Positions 36,801-47,700 of a DNA stretch of 64,000 nt are shown here, in pieces. The notes below the pieces were generated by a model that saw only the letters and a list, made by a program, of their open reading frames with translations, had not been told where the DNA came from and searched no databases. Both the position numbers and the translations under genes were made by a program. Source of the DNA: Marsupella aquatica (Eukaryota; Plantae; Marchantiophyta); assembly GCA_973895155.1 (NCBI GenBank), contig OZ316891.1:23311899-23375898 (forward strand), read 5' to 3'. How positions within the stretch are numbered: position 1 is the stretch's first letter; every line of letters starts with the position of its first letter.

Positions 36801-38502
36801 CGAGATGCTCGAACAGACTTACGCCAAGATGAACCAGATGAAGTCTGTCATCATTGCAAAGCTCGACAAGGAGCTAAGAGCAACCAAGGAGGAGAGGGCT
36901 ACCTTGAAGAAGGAATTGGAGGAAGCCCACAGGGAGCAGGAGGAGGCCAAAAACGAGCTGGAGGGGGCACGTAAGGACCTGGATGAAACCCAAGAGGAGT
37001 TGGAGGAAATCACGAGGAAGATGGAGAACCTACAGCGGCGGGCCGACAACCAAACAGAGCGGCTGAAGAAACAAGCCGCAGTATTTAAATGCTTAGCTGC
37101 AGCAGGTCCATCTCCCGTTGGGACAAACCAGTTACCAGGGGTGGTAATTGCCGAAGGACAAGCCGCGCCAACTGCACCAGTGCCGGAAGTAAGTGGGAAG
37201 GGGAAGGGACCAGCTGCCGAGCCACCAACGAAGAAGAAGCGGAAACCTTCAGGGTCAAGGAGTAATACGACTTCACAGGCCGTGGTGATCAAGGAGGTAG
37301 ACCCAGCACCGACCCCAGACAGGGTCACGGCTAAGGATCCAACTACCCTAGGGGAAGGGGAGGCCGAAGCCGAGGGAGTGGCTGAAGCCGAAGCCGTGGG
37401 AGTGGCTGAGGCCGAAGCTGTGGGTATTGCCGAGGCCGGTGTCGAGGCTGAAGCCGAAGGTGGACCCAGTCAGGCCGATGGAGAGTTGACTCGGTCAAGG
37501 GCAGGTAATCTGTCAGTAGGCGGGCCAACGGCAGTGGCTGAGGAGGAAGTGTTGGGGGCGTCCATTGAGGATCCACCACCGGTGTCGTGACGGTGCAAGG
37601 GCGCCGTTCCTTTTAGGGAGGGCGGACGTGGAGGGAGGAGGCGTGAGTGGGCAGGGCGGGCGCGGATCTCCACGTTTAGGATTAGGATCAGAACCAGGAG
37701 CGGCCCTGACACTTAGCTTAGTGGGATTGCGGTCCCACTGGTAGGAGCAACACTTGTGCTCCTGCCTTGCTGTACATAGGTAGATTCGGGCAAGTAGATT
37801 ACTGTTAAGTAGATTAGGCTTACGATGCAAAGAATGGCGGATCCACTACCAGGATAAGTACCTGGGCAGCGGGGAGCTCAGGGCCTCTTCTTTAGCAAGT
37901 TTTTAGTTTGCACCAGCCGGGCTGGGATCAAGTAGTACGAGAAGCTCTCGGTTAGTCATACAGTGACCCTTGTGTATATTCATGTTTCCTCATGCCTAAG
38001 AGCTGAATAGAGTTGGCCTCACGGCTTAGTTCGCAGAACTTGTGTATGAGATGTACTGTTTGTATGGCAAGTGCATGGTATGACTCAGTCAGAATGAGTC
38101 ATTTTGCTATTTGTGTGTCGCATTAACTTGTGTGAAGAGTGCCCACATCAACAGAAGGAAGGAAAGTAAGCAGGGGAGTGAGAGTTGGATGTGTCGAGCT
38201 GAGAGAGGTCTTAGCGGCTTAACCAAGCCTATTGGGGATCATTCCGGTGGCGGAATCCAAACATACCTAACAAGAAGACAGGGGAAGACAGGGGAAGGCC
38301 TATATTAGGCCGGCTACGTATCTCATGACCCGATGAAGGATCTGTCCAATATATGTGTGTAAAATGTTAATAGTAGTAGTAGAAGGTTAGCAGCGTCCCA
38401 TGCCGCTAAGCCGCGGAAACGGCCTCGCCAAGCACGAAACCTGCGGGAATCGGCTTGAGCTGGGGGGTTTCTTGGGTTTAGGGAGCCATGGGACGCACCA
38501 CA
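33853..38502 (+). repeat. 5' LTR of element A (4650 bp)
   Basis: TGTGATGCC..GCACCACA; near-identical to 44727-49378. Confidence 0.97.
33968..37590 (+). pseudogene. LTR-encoded accessory gene, 5' LTR copy (924-aa C-terminal part open from 34816)
   Basis: ATG in ACCATGG context at 33968. Two premature TAGs (34364, 34739) and a 1-bp deletion near 34795 relative to the 3' LTR copy. Long coiled coil. Confidence 0.85.
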
Positions 38503-38506
38503 TTTT

Positions 38507-38526
38507 TGGCGCTAGATGGAGGGGGC
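38507..38526 (+). other. Primer-binding site, tRNA-Asn-like (TGGCGCTAGATGGAGGGGGC)
   Basis: 4 nt after the LTR. Complementary, with one mismatch, to the plant tRNA-Asn(GUU) 3' end ...CCCCTCCTTCTAGCGCCA as recalled. Identical in element B. Confidence 0.75.
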
Positions 38527-38571
38527 ATTTCTTAAGCCGTGAGATATGAAGTTAGAACGGAAGCGTAGGTA

Positions 38572-41151
38572 ATGACTGACCTTACGCCGAGGGAAGAAAG
38601 AGTGATTCAACGGGAGAGAGCTCGACTGCAGCAGCTCGCCGGGTGGCATGATACACAGCGACTGAGAGGGGCAGAAAGAGCTGGTAGCTCCGAAACTGGA
38701 AGTGGCGTCGAAGAAGACATACCAGAAGAAGAGTCGGTAAGGAGAAGTGAGTCTCCAACCGACATGGGGGAACCAGAGGCACGGCCAGACGAGAGGCCAG
38801 GGACCAGATTGAGCCAGCGGTCACGCATACATTACAAGGCATTTCATGGGAGAGGAGATGAGGATCCGGACGAATGGTTGGATGATTTCGAGGGAACCGC
38901 TGCAGCAAATGGAGAATCGGCCATCAAGATGCAGATTCTTCCCGGCCTGTTCAAGGGTGAGGCTAGGCCTTGGTACAGAGCATTAGATGTGGAAGATCAA
39001 GCCATCTGGGATATCTTCAAAACACTCTTTGTTAAGGAGTTTCGACCCATTGGAACTTCAGAACTAGCAGTGCTGAAGTTGGGACAACTTCGGTTCAAGG
39101 AGAACAAATCCTTCAGGAAGTTCTTGCAACGCTTTCAGAAACTGGTAAGACGTACAAAGACCAATGCATCTGAAGGTATGCAACTTCAATGGTTGGTGAA
39201 TGCTTTGCCACAGAAGATGAGTTTTGCAATTAGAAAGGAGAACCCGGAGACTTTAGCCGAAGCAATTAAGGATATTCAATTATACATTAATGCAGATATC
39301 ACAAGCCGGAAGAAACAGCTTAAGTCTGAGAGTTCCTCATCAGAGGAGGGATCACCCCATAAGAAAAAAGATAAGAAGAAGAAACATTCCAAGAAGTCTA
39401 GAAGTGATAAGTCAAGCTCGGATAGTGGGAGTAGCAAGAGTGAGTCATCTTCTAGTTCTGAAGAAGAAAAAACTAGGAAAAGGAAGGGCAGAAGGAGAGG
39501 GAAGACGAAAGTCAAGATGGAGGCTAAGCCACCAGATAACATCGTAGCCCTTACCGAGCAACTTAAGGCTATCATTGCAGAGGTAAAACCAAAGAAGAAG
39601 GTAGTACAGGAGGATAGCTCTGTATGGTGTGCCTTATGTTATAAAACCGGACACCATAAAGATGCGTGTCCTAAGCTTAATACTAATCATGTTCGGCATG
39701 TGGCCGAGATCAGACCATGTCAGGGAGAAGTAGAGTACTTTTTGGGAGATGCCGCTGATAGTGTTTTCGGCATCAGTGAGACTGGAGCACGAGACCTATC
39801 CAACAGACCTGCATCTCTATGGTCAGGGTTAAGGAACAATCCAGGAGAGATGTATCCTCGGATTATTCAGAACCCGTCAGTACCTCCTAGGCCGAATGTG
39901 CAAAGATTTGCGGCGTGCTATAATTGTGGTCAACCTGGCCATTTTGCTAGAGAATGCCCGAATGCACGCAAACAGGGTGATGGACAACCAGCTCAGCTAT
40001 GTATGGGATGCCGACAGGAAGGTCATATGCTAGGTCAATGTCCTACTTGGTTGGTAGGCCTGGCCGCAAATCATAAGCTTTTGCCGATCAAGATCTTACC
40101 GCCAGGTACTACCCCCGGAGGAGTTCAAATCAACCACATCGAACTAGGATGGCAAGAGGATGCCGAGGCAGAGTTCGTACCATCTGATGATGAGGCCGAA
40201 GCCCTATCAACCTTCTCAGAGGAGGATTTAGATCATGATTGCTACCGGGTCTCTACTCGATCTACCAGAAGGAAGGAAAGGTGGGATGGGCTGGCCAAAA
40301 ATAAAGGGAAGGTTACGGAGGAAAGGATCGACTCTTCGTCAACATCAACAGAAGGAGAAGGGAGGGCTCCGGCAATACAGGTAAGCCATGAGCCCACCAG
40401 TGAAACCAATCCTTCACAAGATAGCGACTTCAATCGAGATCATCCTAAGTTGTTCTACCCCTCTGTTACGGCTAGTGTTAAGGAACAACTAAGAGAATTA
40501 GAAACCCTGGAGAATACCAAAGCCATTGCCAAGGATGTAAAACAAGCAAAAGCATTGTTTGCTTCGGAAGACCCAACAGCTGTGGAGACTAGCGTGGCAA
40601 AACTGGCCGAATCCAAGACGGAAACACCACCAGAAGAGAAGCCGATTGTTCCCTATGACCTGGCTAAAGATGTACTAGAATCTAGAGTCTCGGCAACAGT
40701 AGGTCAACTATTGAAAAATAGCCCGTACTTCCGGAAGCAATTAAGGAAGGCTATTCTCGGCAAGCCGAGATTACCCAAGGTAGCAACCAGATCCAACGTA
40801 CTAATGATAGAAGAAGATCAAGGAGCCCCAGCATTACCATTAATGATTCAAGGAGAATTATTACTACGGGTACCCATCGATGGAGGATCAGGGGTATGTA
40901 TTATGATTGATTCAACAGCAAAAGGGTGGGGTCTAACACCGGAGATGACTGGAAGAGTGTTGAACATGGCCAATGGATATCAGGTCATTCCGACAGGAGT
41001 GTTAACCGGCATCAAGACAGAGATAGGAGGTATCTTCTTTAGCATTAACTATGTAGTAATGAAGCCGGTAAATCCTACGTCATTCCGGCTATTGATTGGT
41101 AGGCCATGGCTGTACCTAGCCGAGGTAATAGAAGATTGGGGTAAAAAGTAG
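38572..41151 (+). CDS. gag: Gag (three CCHC knuckles) plus aspartic protease of element A
   Basis: FHGRGDEDPDEWL capsid start; CALCYKTGHHKDAC, CYNCGQPGHFAREC, CMGCRQEGHMLGQC; protease IDGGSGV..LLIGRPWL. Confidence 0.92.
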   Translation: MTDLTPREERVIQRERARLQQLAGWHDTQRLRGAERAGSSETGSGVEEDIPEEESVRRSESPTDMGEPEARPDERPGTRLSQRSRIHYKAFHGRGDEDPDEWLDDFEGTAAANGESAIKMQILPGLFKGEARPWYRALDVEDQAIWDIFKTLFVKEFRPIGTSELAVLKLGQLRFKENKSFRKFLQRFQKLVRRTKTNASEGMQLQWLVNALPQKMSFAIRKENPETLAEAIKDIQLYINADITSRKKQLKSESSSSEEGSPHKKKDKKKKHSKKSRSDKSSSDSGSSKSESSSSSEEEKTRKRKGRRRGKTKVKMEAKPPDNIVALTEQLKAIIAEVKPKKKVVQEDSSVWCALCYKTGHHKDACPKLNTNHVRHVAEIRPCQGEVEYFLGDAADSVFGISETGARDLSNRPASLWSGLRNNPGEMYPRIIQNPSVPPRPNVQRFAACYNCGQPGHFARECPNARKQGDGQPAQLCMGCRQEGHMLGQCPTWLVGLAANHKLLPIKILPPGTTPGGVQINHIELGWQEDAEAEFVPSDDEAEALSTFSEEDLDHDCYRVSTRSTRRKERWDGLAKNKGKVTEERIDSSSTSTEGEGRAPAIQVSHEPTSETNPSQDSDFNRDHPKLFYPSVTASVKEQLRELETLENTKAIAKDVKQAKALFASEDPTAVETSVAKLAESKTETPPEEKPIVPYDLAKDVLESRVSATVGQLLKNSPYFRKQLRKAILGKPRLPKVATRSNVLMIEEDQGAPALPLMIQGELLLRVPIDGGSGVCIMIDSTAKGWGLTPEMTGRVLNMANGYQVIPTGVLTGIKTEIGGIFFSINYVVMKPVNPTSFRLLIGRPWLYLAEVIEDWGKK

Positions 41152-41471
41152 TTCACTTTCGGGACCCCCTCTATCACGGTATCCTGGGACACTAAGGATG
41201 ACCGTAGGAAAAGCATAAGGGAAGTAGATGGGTACGATAGTGGACTGGAGTCAGCCGATGAAGTACGTTGGTTAGAATGCCTCACTAACCTAACCGAAGA
41301 AGGTGTCTTTGGACCAGAGGTACCCCCCAGCGGATTATGGCAAGAACCAATGGAAGGTGACTTGGAAGAAGAAGACGAAGAGGTCGAGGACTACTTTACA
41401 ATAGAATCCACCTTTTTAGCTGCAATCCCGGAGGAAGTAAAGGATGTATACCAATTGGATGAAACGGCTAA

Positions 41472-44400
41472 GTGGGGAGCAGTAGCAGGGACAGTGGATT
41501 TTCTGCAGGCGTTGTGGCAGAGCCGACGGGGTCCACAACGCCATCGATCATCGGCAAGGAATTAAATACCAAGGGATCGGCATACAAGCCGATTACGAGG
41601 GCAGAACAAATTGAGGCCCTATTAGAAGCCGAGAGAGCACAGCGGCCTAACTCTCAGGAGCAAGAGGTGGATGAGATGGACAGACACGATCTAGAGCCAA
41701 GGCAGGAAGGGGAGCCGACCACTAATTCAAAACCGAATAGACCGGTAGGGGGACAATCTATGGACACCAAGGAAGGGACCAACTCGGCTAGTCCAGCCGA
41801 GATCCCAGTTTATGGAGGTATGAGATTAGAGAGACTGGAAGCCGAACTGGACCCGAATTTGAAGAAGCAGATTAATATGATCCAAGCACGGCAATATCGG
41901 AAGCTCGACTTAGGAGAGGGAAGAGAACTGAACTTAGGGAGAAACCTAGCACCTGAGCTCGAGAAAGAGATCAGTGACTTATTGATTGAATTTCAGGATG
42001 TGTTTGCATGGAGTCACCAAGATCTAAAGGGAGTAGATCCAACACTAGGGGAACATCGAATTGATCTCATGTTAGGAGCCAAATCATTTCGACAACCAAT
42101 TCGAAGGATGAACCCGAAGTATTCCCTGCTGGTCAAAACAGAAATCGACAAACTAGTGGAAGCTGGATTCATCACTCCAGTCCTGCATTCAGACTGGGTG
42201 TCTCCAATTGTGATAGTTCCCAAGAAAGCTGGACCCGATGGTAAACCCAAGATCCGGGTTTGTCAGGATTACAAGAAGCTGAATGAAGCAACATTAAAAG
42301 ACCATTTTCCTTTACCGTTTACTGATATGGTACTAGACATGGTAGCCAGTCATGAACTATATTCATTCATGGATGGATACTCTGGTTATAACCAAATCAG
42401 GATTCGGCAGGAAGACCAAATCAAGACGGCCTTCATCACGGAATGGGGGATCTATGTCTTCAATCGTATGCCGTTTGGACTCTGCAACGCACCAGCTATG
42501 TTCCAACGATTAATGGTGAACATTTTTCATGATTACTTGAGAAAGTTCATGGAAATCTTCATTGATGACTTTGCAGTATTCGGGAAGGCATCGAAACATG
42601 CTAAATACCTCAGGAAAACCTTCATGAGATGTAGAGAGGTGGGTCTCAAGTTACACCCAGATAAATGTTTTTTTGCAGTAACCGAGGGGGTGCTACTAGG
42701 TCACAAGGTATCAAGGAAGGGCATTGAGATTGACAAAGGTAAGCTAGCAATATGGCTAGATATCATGCAACCTAAGAACATAAAGGATGTAAGATCCTTC
42801 TTGGGATGCATTGGTTACTATCGCCGGTTCATCAAGGATTTTGCCAAGCTGGCTTTACCATTAACCAATATGCTCAAGGCAGGAGCAGACTTCGAACCCA
42901 CACCCAAACGAGTCACAGCGGTGGTAGAATTGAAGCAGATGTTAGTAGAGGCCCCAGTCATGATAGCACCGGACTGGAACAAAGATTTTCATGTTTTTGT
43001 AGATGTCTCGGGCTTCTGTATTGGCTCAGTACTAAGTCAATTGGATGAGAAAGGAAGGGACCATCCCATATACTTCGCAAGCCGTCAGCTTGCCGATGCC
43101 GAACGGAACTACTCTACCACAGAAAGAGAAGCATTAGGAGTCATTTATTCTTGTAAAAAGTTTAGGCATTATTTACTAGGGTACAAGGTAATCTTTCATA
43201 CTGATCATGAAAGTTTGAAGTACCTAGTCAATAAGCCGGACCTTACAGGCAGAGTAGCAAGATGGATTTTGCTATTACAGGAGTTTGACTATGAGCTGAG
43301 GATCAAGCCGGGAAAGTTACATGCCAATGCCGACTTCTTTTCAAGGATCACAGGTAAACCTGCCACGGATTGCATCGATGATCGATTCCCCGACGAGGAG
43401 CTATTCGTTGTGGAAATAGCTGGTACATGGTACCCGGAGATTTTACAATTTCTCAGCACTTCCAGATTACAGCCAGGATTAAGCCGAGAGCAAGCCGCAG
43501 TCTTTGTGCGGAAGGTCAGACAGTATCAGTGCATTAAAGGCATACTGCACAAGCATGGAATCAACGGCACGATTCAAAGATGTTTGGAAAAGAGAGAGGT
43601 AAAACGAGTCCTACGGGCCATGCATGGAGAGGAGGCCGGAGGACATTTTGCCCCAGTAACCACGTCTAAGAAGATATTAAATGCCGGTTACTGGTGGCCC
43701 ACCTTGCACAAAGATGTCTATCAGTTTATCAAACAATGCGATCCTTGTCAACGAGCGGGAGGACCAAGGGCGTCCACCAGGCATCCACTGCACCCTATTC
43801 TACCTCTGGCACCATTTGAGAAGTGGGGTATTGATTACATTGGACCTCTGAAACCACTGACCCACCCTCGACGAAACAAGTACATAATCCTGGCTACGGA
43901 TTATGCAACTAAATGGGTAGAGGCCAGACCAACAACGAAGGATGATGCAATTACTACGGCTAGATTCATGTATGAGCAGATCTTCACCAGGTATGGAGCA
44001 CCCCTAGAATTAGTTAGTGATAGAGGAACCCATTTTTTGAATGATATAATTAGTCGTTTAAATGAGCAGTATTTAGTTAAACATAGGCCTACTACTCCCT
44101 ACCATCCAAAGGCAAACGGGTTGACAGAACGAGCAAACGGAATCATAGGAAAGATATTGAACAAGACAGTAGCTCAGAACAAACTCGATTGGGATGATAA
44201 ATTGTTTGCTGCTGTTTTTGCTTACAATCTTGCCTATAAATCCACTACCGGTCATACACCCTTCTTCTTAACCTTTGGACAAGAAGCCCTGGTACCCATG
44301 CAACTTGAGATACCGACATTTCAAGTTACAATTGAGGAAAGAGCCTCAGCGGAGGAGAGCCTAAAGGAGCGAGAATATAGGTTAGAAGCTTTAGAGGAAG

Positions 44401-44738
44401 CGAGAATGATTTCAGCCGAGAGAGTAGAATATAGACAGAATATCATGAAGCAGCAGTATGATAAAAGGTTAAAAGTAGTTAGTATTCATACCGGTGATCT
44501 TGTGCTACTTTATGACAGTAGGTATAGTAGGTTTCTAGGAAAGCTTTACACTCGCTGGTTAGGACCCTTTAGAGTAACCATGATGTTCCCCAATGGCTCC
44601 GTACAATTGGCCAACATTACGGGAGAGGTATATCCAGTTCGCATCCATTATGACCGCCTCAAGAAATACTATATGGACGAAGATGAAGTTGTTCGCGAGG
44701 ACGCTTCACAATTAAGTGGGGAGCTATGTGATGCCTAG
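41472..44738 (+). CDS. pol: Pol (RT-RNase H-integrase) of element A, open frame
   Basis: WVSPIVIVPKK, MDGYSGYNQI, MPFGLCNAP, FIDDF, FVDVSG, TDHESL, HHCC zinc finger, WGIDYIGP, SDRGTHF, WLGPF. No chromodomain or extra RNase H. The stop codon lies inside the 3' LTR. Confidence 0.96.
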   Translation: MGSSSRDSGFSAGVVAEPTGSTTPSIIGKELNTKGSAYKPITRAEQIEALLEAERAQRPNSQEQEVDEMDRHDLEPRQEGEPTTNSKPNRPVGGQSMDTKEGTNSASPAEIPVYGGMRLERLEAELDPNLKKQINMIQARQYRKLDLGEGRELNLGRNLAPELEKEISDLLIEFQDVFAWSHQDLKGVDPTLGEHRIDLMLGAKSFRQPIRRMNPKYSLLVKTEIDKLVEAGFITPVLHSDWVSPIVIVPKKAGPDGKPKIRVCQDYKKLNEATLKDHFPLPFTDMVLDMVASHELYSFMDGYSGYNQIRIRQEDQIKTAFITEWGIYVFNRMPFGLCNAPAMFQRLMVNIFHDYLRKFMEIFIDDFAVFGKASKHAKYLRKTFMRCREVGLKLHPDKCFFAVTEGVLLGHKVSRKGIEIDKGKLAIWLDIMQPKNIKDVRSFLGCIGYYRRFIKDFAKLALPLTNMLKAGADFEPTPKRVTAVVELKQMLVEAPVMIAPDWNKDFHVFVDVSGFCIGSVLSQLDEKGRDHPIYFASRQLADAERNYSTTEREALGVIYSCKKFRHYLLGYKVIFHTDHESLKYLVNKPDLTGRVARWILLLQEFDYELRIKPGKLHANADFFSRITGKPATDCIDDRFPDEELFVVEIAGTWYPEILQFLSTSRLQPGLSREQAAVFVRKVRQYQCIKGILHKHGINGTIQRCLEKREVKRVLRAMHGEEAGGHFAPVTTSKKILNAGYWWPTLHKDVYQFIKQCDPCQRAGGPRASTRHPLHPILPLAPFEKWGIDYIGPLKPLTHPRRNKYIILATDYATKWVEARPTTKDDAITTARFMYEQIFTRYGAPLELVSDRGTHFLNDIISRLNEQYLVKHRPTTPYHPKANGLTERANGIIGKILNKTVAQNKLDWDDKLFAAVFAYNLAYKSTTGHTPFFLTFGQEALVPMQLEIPTFQVTIEERASAEESLKEREYRLEALEEARMISAERVEYRQNIMKQQYDKRLKVVSIHTGDLVLLYDSRYSRFLGKLYTRWLGPFRVTMMFPNGSVQLANITGEVYPVRIHYDRLKKYYMDEDEVVREDASQLSGELCDA
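44711..44726 (+). other. Polypurine tract of element A (ATTAAGTGGGGAGCTA)
   Basis: Abuts the 3' LTR; nearly identical in element B and similar in the element at 61959. Confidence 0.8.
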
Positions 44739-47700
44739 ACAGGAATCACTCGGCCGGTTAAGTGGGTAAAGCAGGAAGGCACCCTAGGAACACCTTAGTA
44801 TAGTGACAAAACAAGGAAAATATAAACAATTAGGGGCAACCATGGAACCCGGGCAGAGGCCGGAGGTAAGGCTGAGGGTGAAAACCCGATTAGGGTTAGG
44901 GCGCGTTAAGCGTCGGCGGCTAGGAAGGATCAACGGGAAGAAGGACCGGCAGAGGAGAGGGGTAAGGAGCGCTTGCAGGAGATGGTGGCTCATTTGTGAG
45001 CACGAACTAGGCAGACGACTACGGGAGGCCAACTACTGTCAGCTGCTTAGGCAAGCACTCGGGGAGAGAGTAGATACCGACGATCAACCTAAGGAGGGTA
45101 TGAGCAACGTCAATCAAGCGGCACATTTCTGGGGATGCCTGTTCGAACGGGCAACTAAGTACATCAAGACTTACGAGGACGAGGAATCAGAAAGGGCAGC
45201 TCGAGAACGGCAGGAGCTCGCTCGATTGTGGGAGCTGCAGAAGACGGCTTTCTTAGGAGGCGAACTCATCAAGGACGAGTTCCTGTGGACGCCTACTTCC
45301 AATCAACTCGACGATCTTCTGTTTTGCAAAGACAGCGTCGTCGGCATCCGAGAGGCCATCAAGAACTGCAACGACATACACTGGGAATTAAAGGGTAGCA
45401 CGGAAAGGTGGACCTGGGCAACGGTGCTAGGAGAAACCTCCACGGCAGCAGAGATGAAGAGGAAGGGAGCCGTCAACGATGAAGCCACCCCGGCAAAAAG
45501 AACGAGGTCGGCGGCACCAAAGAAGCCAGCCGAGCAGCAGAGCAGGAGGCAGGGAGAAGCCGAAGAGGAGGAGGTCGATCCCATCAAGGCCATTCCAACC
45601 AGGGGATGACACCTGGAAGGGCTGGGCGGCAACCCTACCGGTGGAGGTGCAACTACATTTTGCACGGGAGGAGGATGCATGCTTTACGGCCATGCAGACC
45701 AAGAAGTACCAAGGCTTCATGGCCGGATCCGGCTTGGAGGCCTTTGTAAGATTACCATGGCTGAAGCCGGAGGTACCGGAGTCAGACCTATTAGAATTCG
45801 TGGGGTCATGGGAACCCGAGACCAATTGCACGAGGATATATGGGAAGGATTTCTATCTTACTCCCAAGGTAATTGCCGAAGTGTTTGGCCTGCCGATAGG
45901 CAATAAGACCAAAGTTGATACCAGGAAGACCTTGCCTGACAAGGAGTTCCGGTCGTTCCCCGGGCCATCAACGAAGAATGGCTTCTTCCGGAACACCTGC
46001 ACCAACCCGCACATAGGAGAGATGATCGACTTCTTGCGGGTGACCATGCATTGTAACTTGCCGAGGGCAGAGATCGGCAAGGCACAGGTCTATCTGGCAG
46101 AAAGGCCAGACCCAAGCCGGGACTACAACGGGTACCTCCTCAACCAATTGAAGAAGATCTTAAAGGAGGAGCAGCAGGTAATCGGCATGGGGAGCGTGTC
46201 GCGGCTTGGCTATCACATGCCGCTGTTGTGCCGGTATGCCAGAAGTCAGACTTTTGCCCCGGTACTTCCCCTGCAGGTAAGGGCACCCGAGGAAGCTCCA
46301 ACGCCGAGGCCGTTGGCTGAGAAGCCTCAACCACCTGTTAGTCCTACGATCGAGCAGGTGTTTAGGCCCAGGAAGGAAGACTTGCCGATGCAGCAACCAG
46401 GCATGCAGAGTCTGCTGAAACTACTGGAGAAAGAAAAGAAATCGGCATCGGCAACAACAACGGCAACGGCAACAATGCAGGACACTACTACAGAGGTAGG
46501 CCTACACCGGCTCACAAGAGAAAACCCCTTTGCTGGAGACAAGGAGAGAATCAGGCCGGAATCCAAGCCAGGTGTTCGAATGTACGTGGGAACCTCAAGC
46601 TCCGAATCTGAGGCAGAATTGCCTGAAGCTCCTACCGACGAAGAGGAGAGGGAGAAGCCGGACGTCCAAGAGGTAGAGGAGGCAGTGGAGGACTGCAGCC
46701 ATGATAATTCCGGCTATGGGTCGGACCATCACGTTCCAGGAGTAAGGACCTGTGGCCGGTTTGTCCCCACACTTCCAAGGGTAGTGCGAGGGGACCCCAA
46801 CCAGCAGAGTAGCCCTGAGTCTCCCCCACCAGATGTTGCTCCCCCGAGCTTCGACGGCATAAAACAGACGGTGCAGGAATTTCAGGAGCGAATCAAGGAG
46901 GAGGAAGAGGCCGCCCTGGCTAAGGAAAAGGATTTACCAGGAGGAGATTGGCCGGAGGACATCAGGCGGCTAGCCGAAAAAGGAAGCAAACCTCTAGCCA
47001 CGATTGAAGAGATCCGCAGGACGGCTTGGGAGCAGAGGCCACGATGGGCGATGCCGATCACTTCTACTTACTCCACCTACGCTAAGAATAGAGCCATGGA
47101 GTATGGTGAGATGTGTGGGGAACTTGCGCTCGGCATCTTTGGAGAGGAGTTGGAGGTAGGACCCTTTTTCCATAGGGAGCAGTTGGAGAAGCACCAATTA
47201 GAAGAAGCGGTGGCTTTAGAGAGAAGCAAGAAGGACGAGGTCATTCGGCGGCTTAGGAGGATGGAAGCCGAGATTGAAGATCTAAGGGCGGCCAAGAAAG
47301 CCCAAGATGAACTGCGGATTAAACGACATGAGCTGAACATCATGCAGGGGCAGTTGGACACCGCGCAAGCTGATAATCAGAATATCAAGGATAAACTGAC
47401 TCAGACACAGGAAGAGTTGGCCGACACGATCAAAGAGAGGGAGAAGTGGAAGCAAGAGCTGAAGAATACAGAGGAGGCCCACATAACAGCCAACAGCCGG
47501 GCCATGGCGGAGACCCAAAGAAAGGAATGGGCGTTGAAAGGGGAGCTCGAGAAAATCCGCGGAGCCCTTGAGCAGAAGGAGGTCGAGTTAGGGAAATCCT
47601 ATCAAGGGATTATGGCGCTGCAGCAGGAGCTTGCGTCCCTGACGGCCAGCTTCAAGGCCGACCTAAGGGAGAAGGACGAGATGCTCGAACAGACTTACGC

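Noticed and set aside
34816-37590. Calling the LTR protein an envelope protein or a host myosin/SMC gene
   Set aside because: No signal peptide or transmembrane segment is visible, coiled-coil similarity is non-specific, and the ORF is intronless and bounded by LTR termini.
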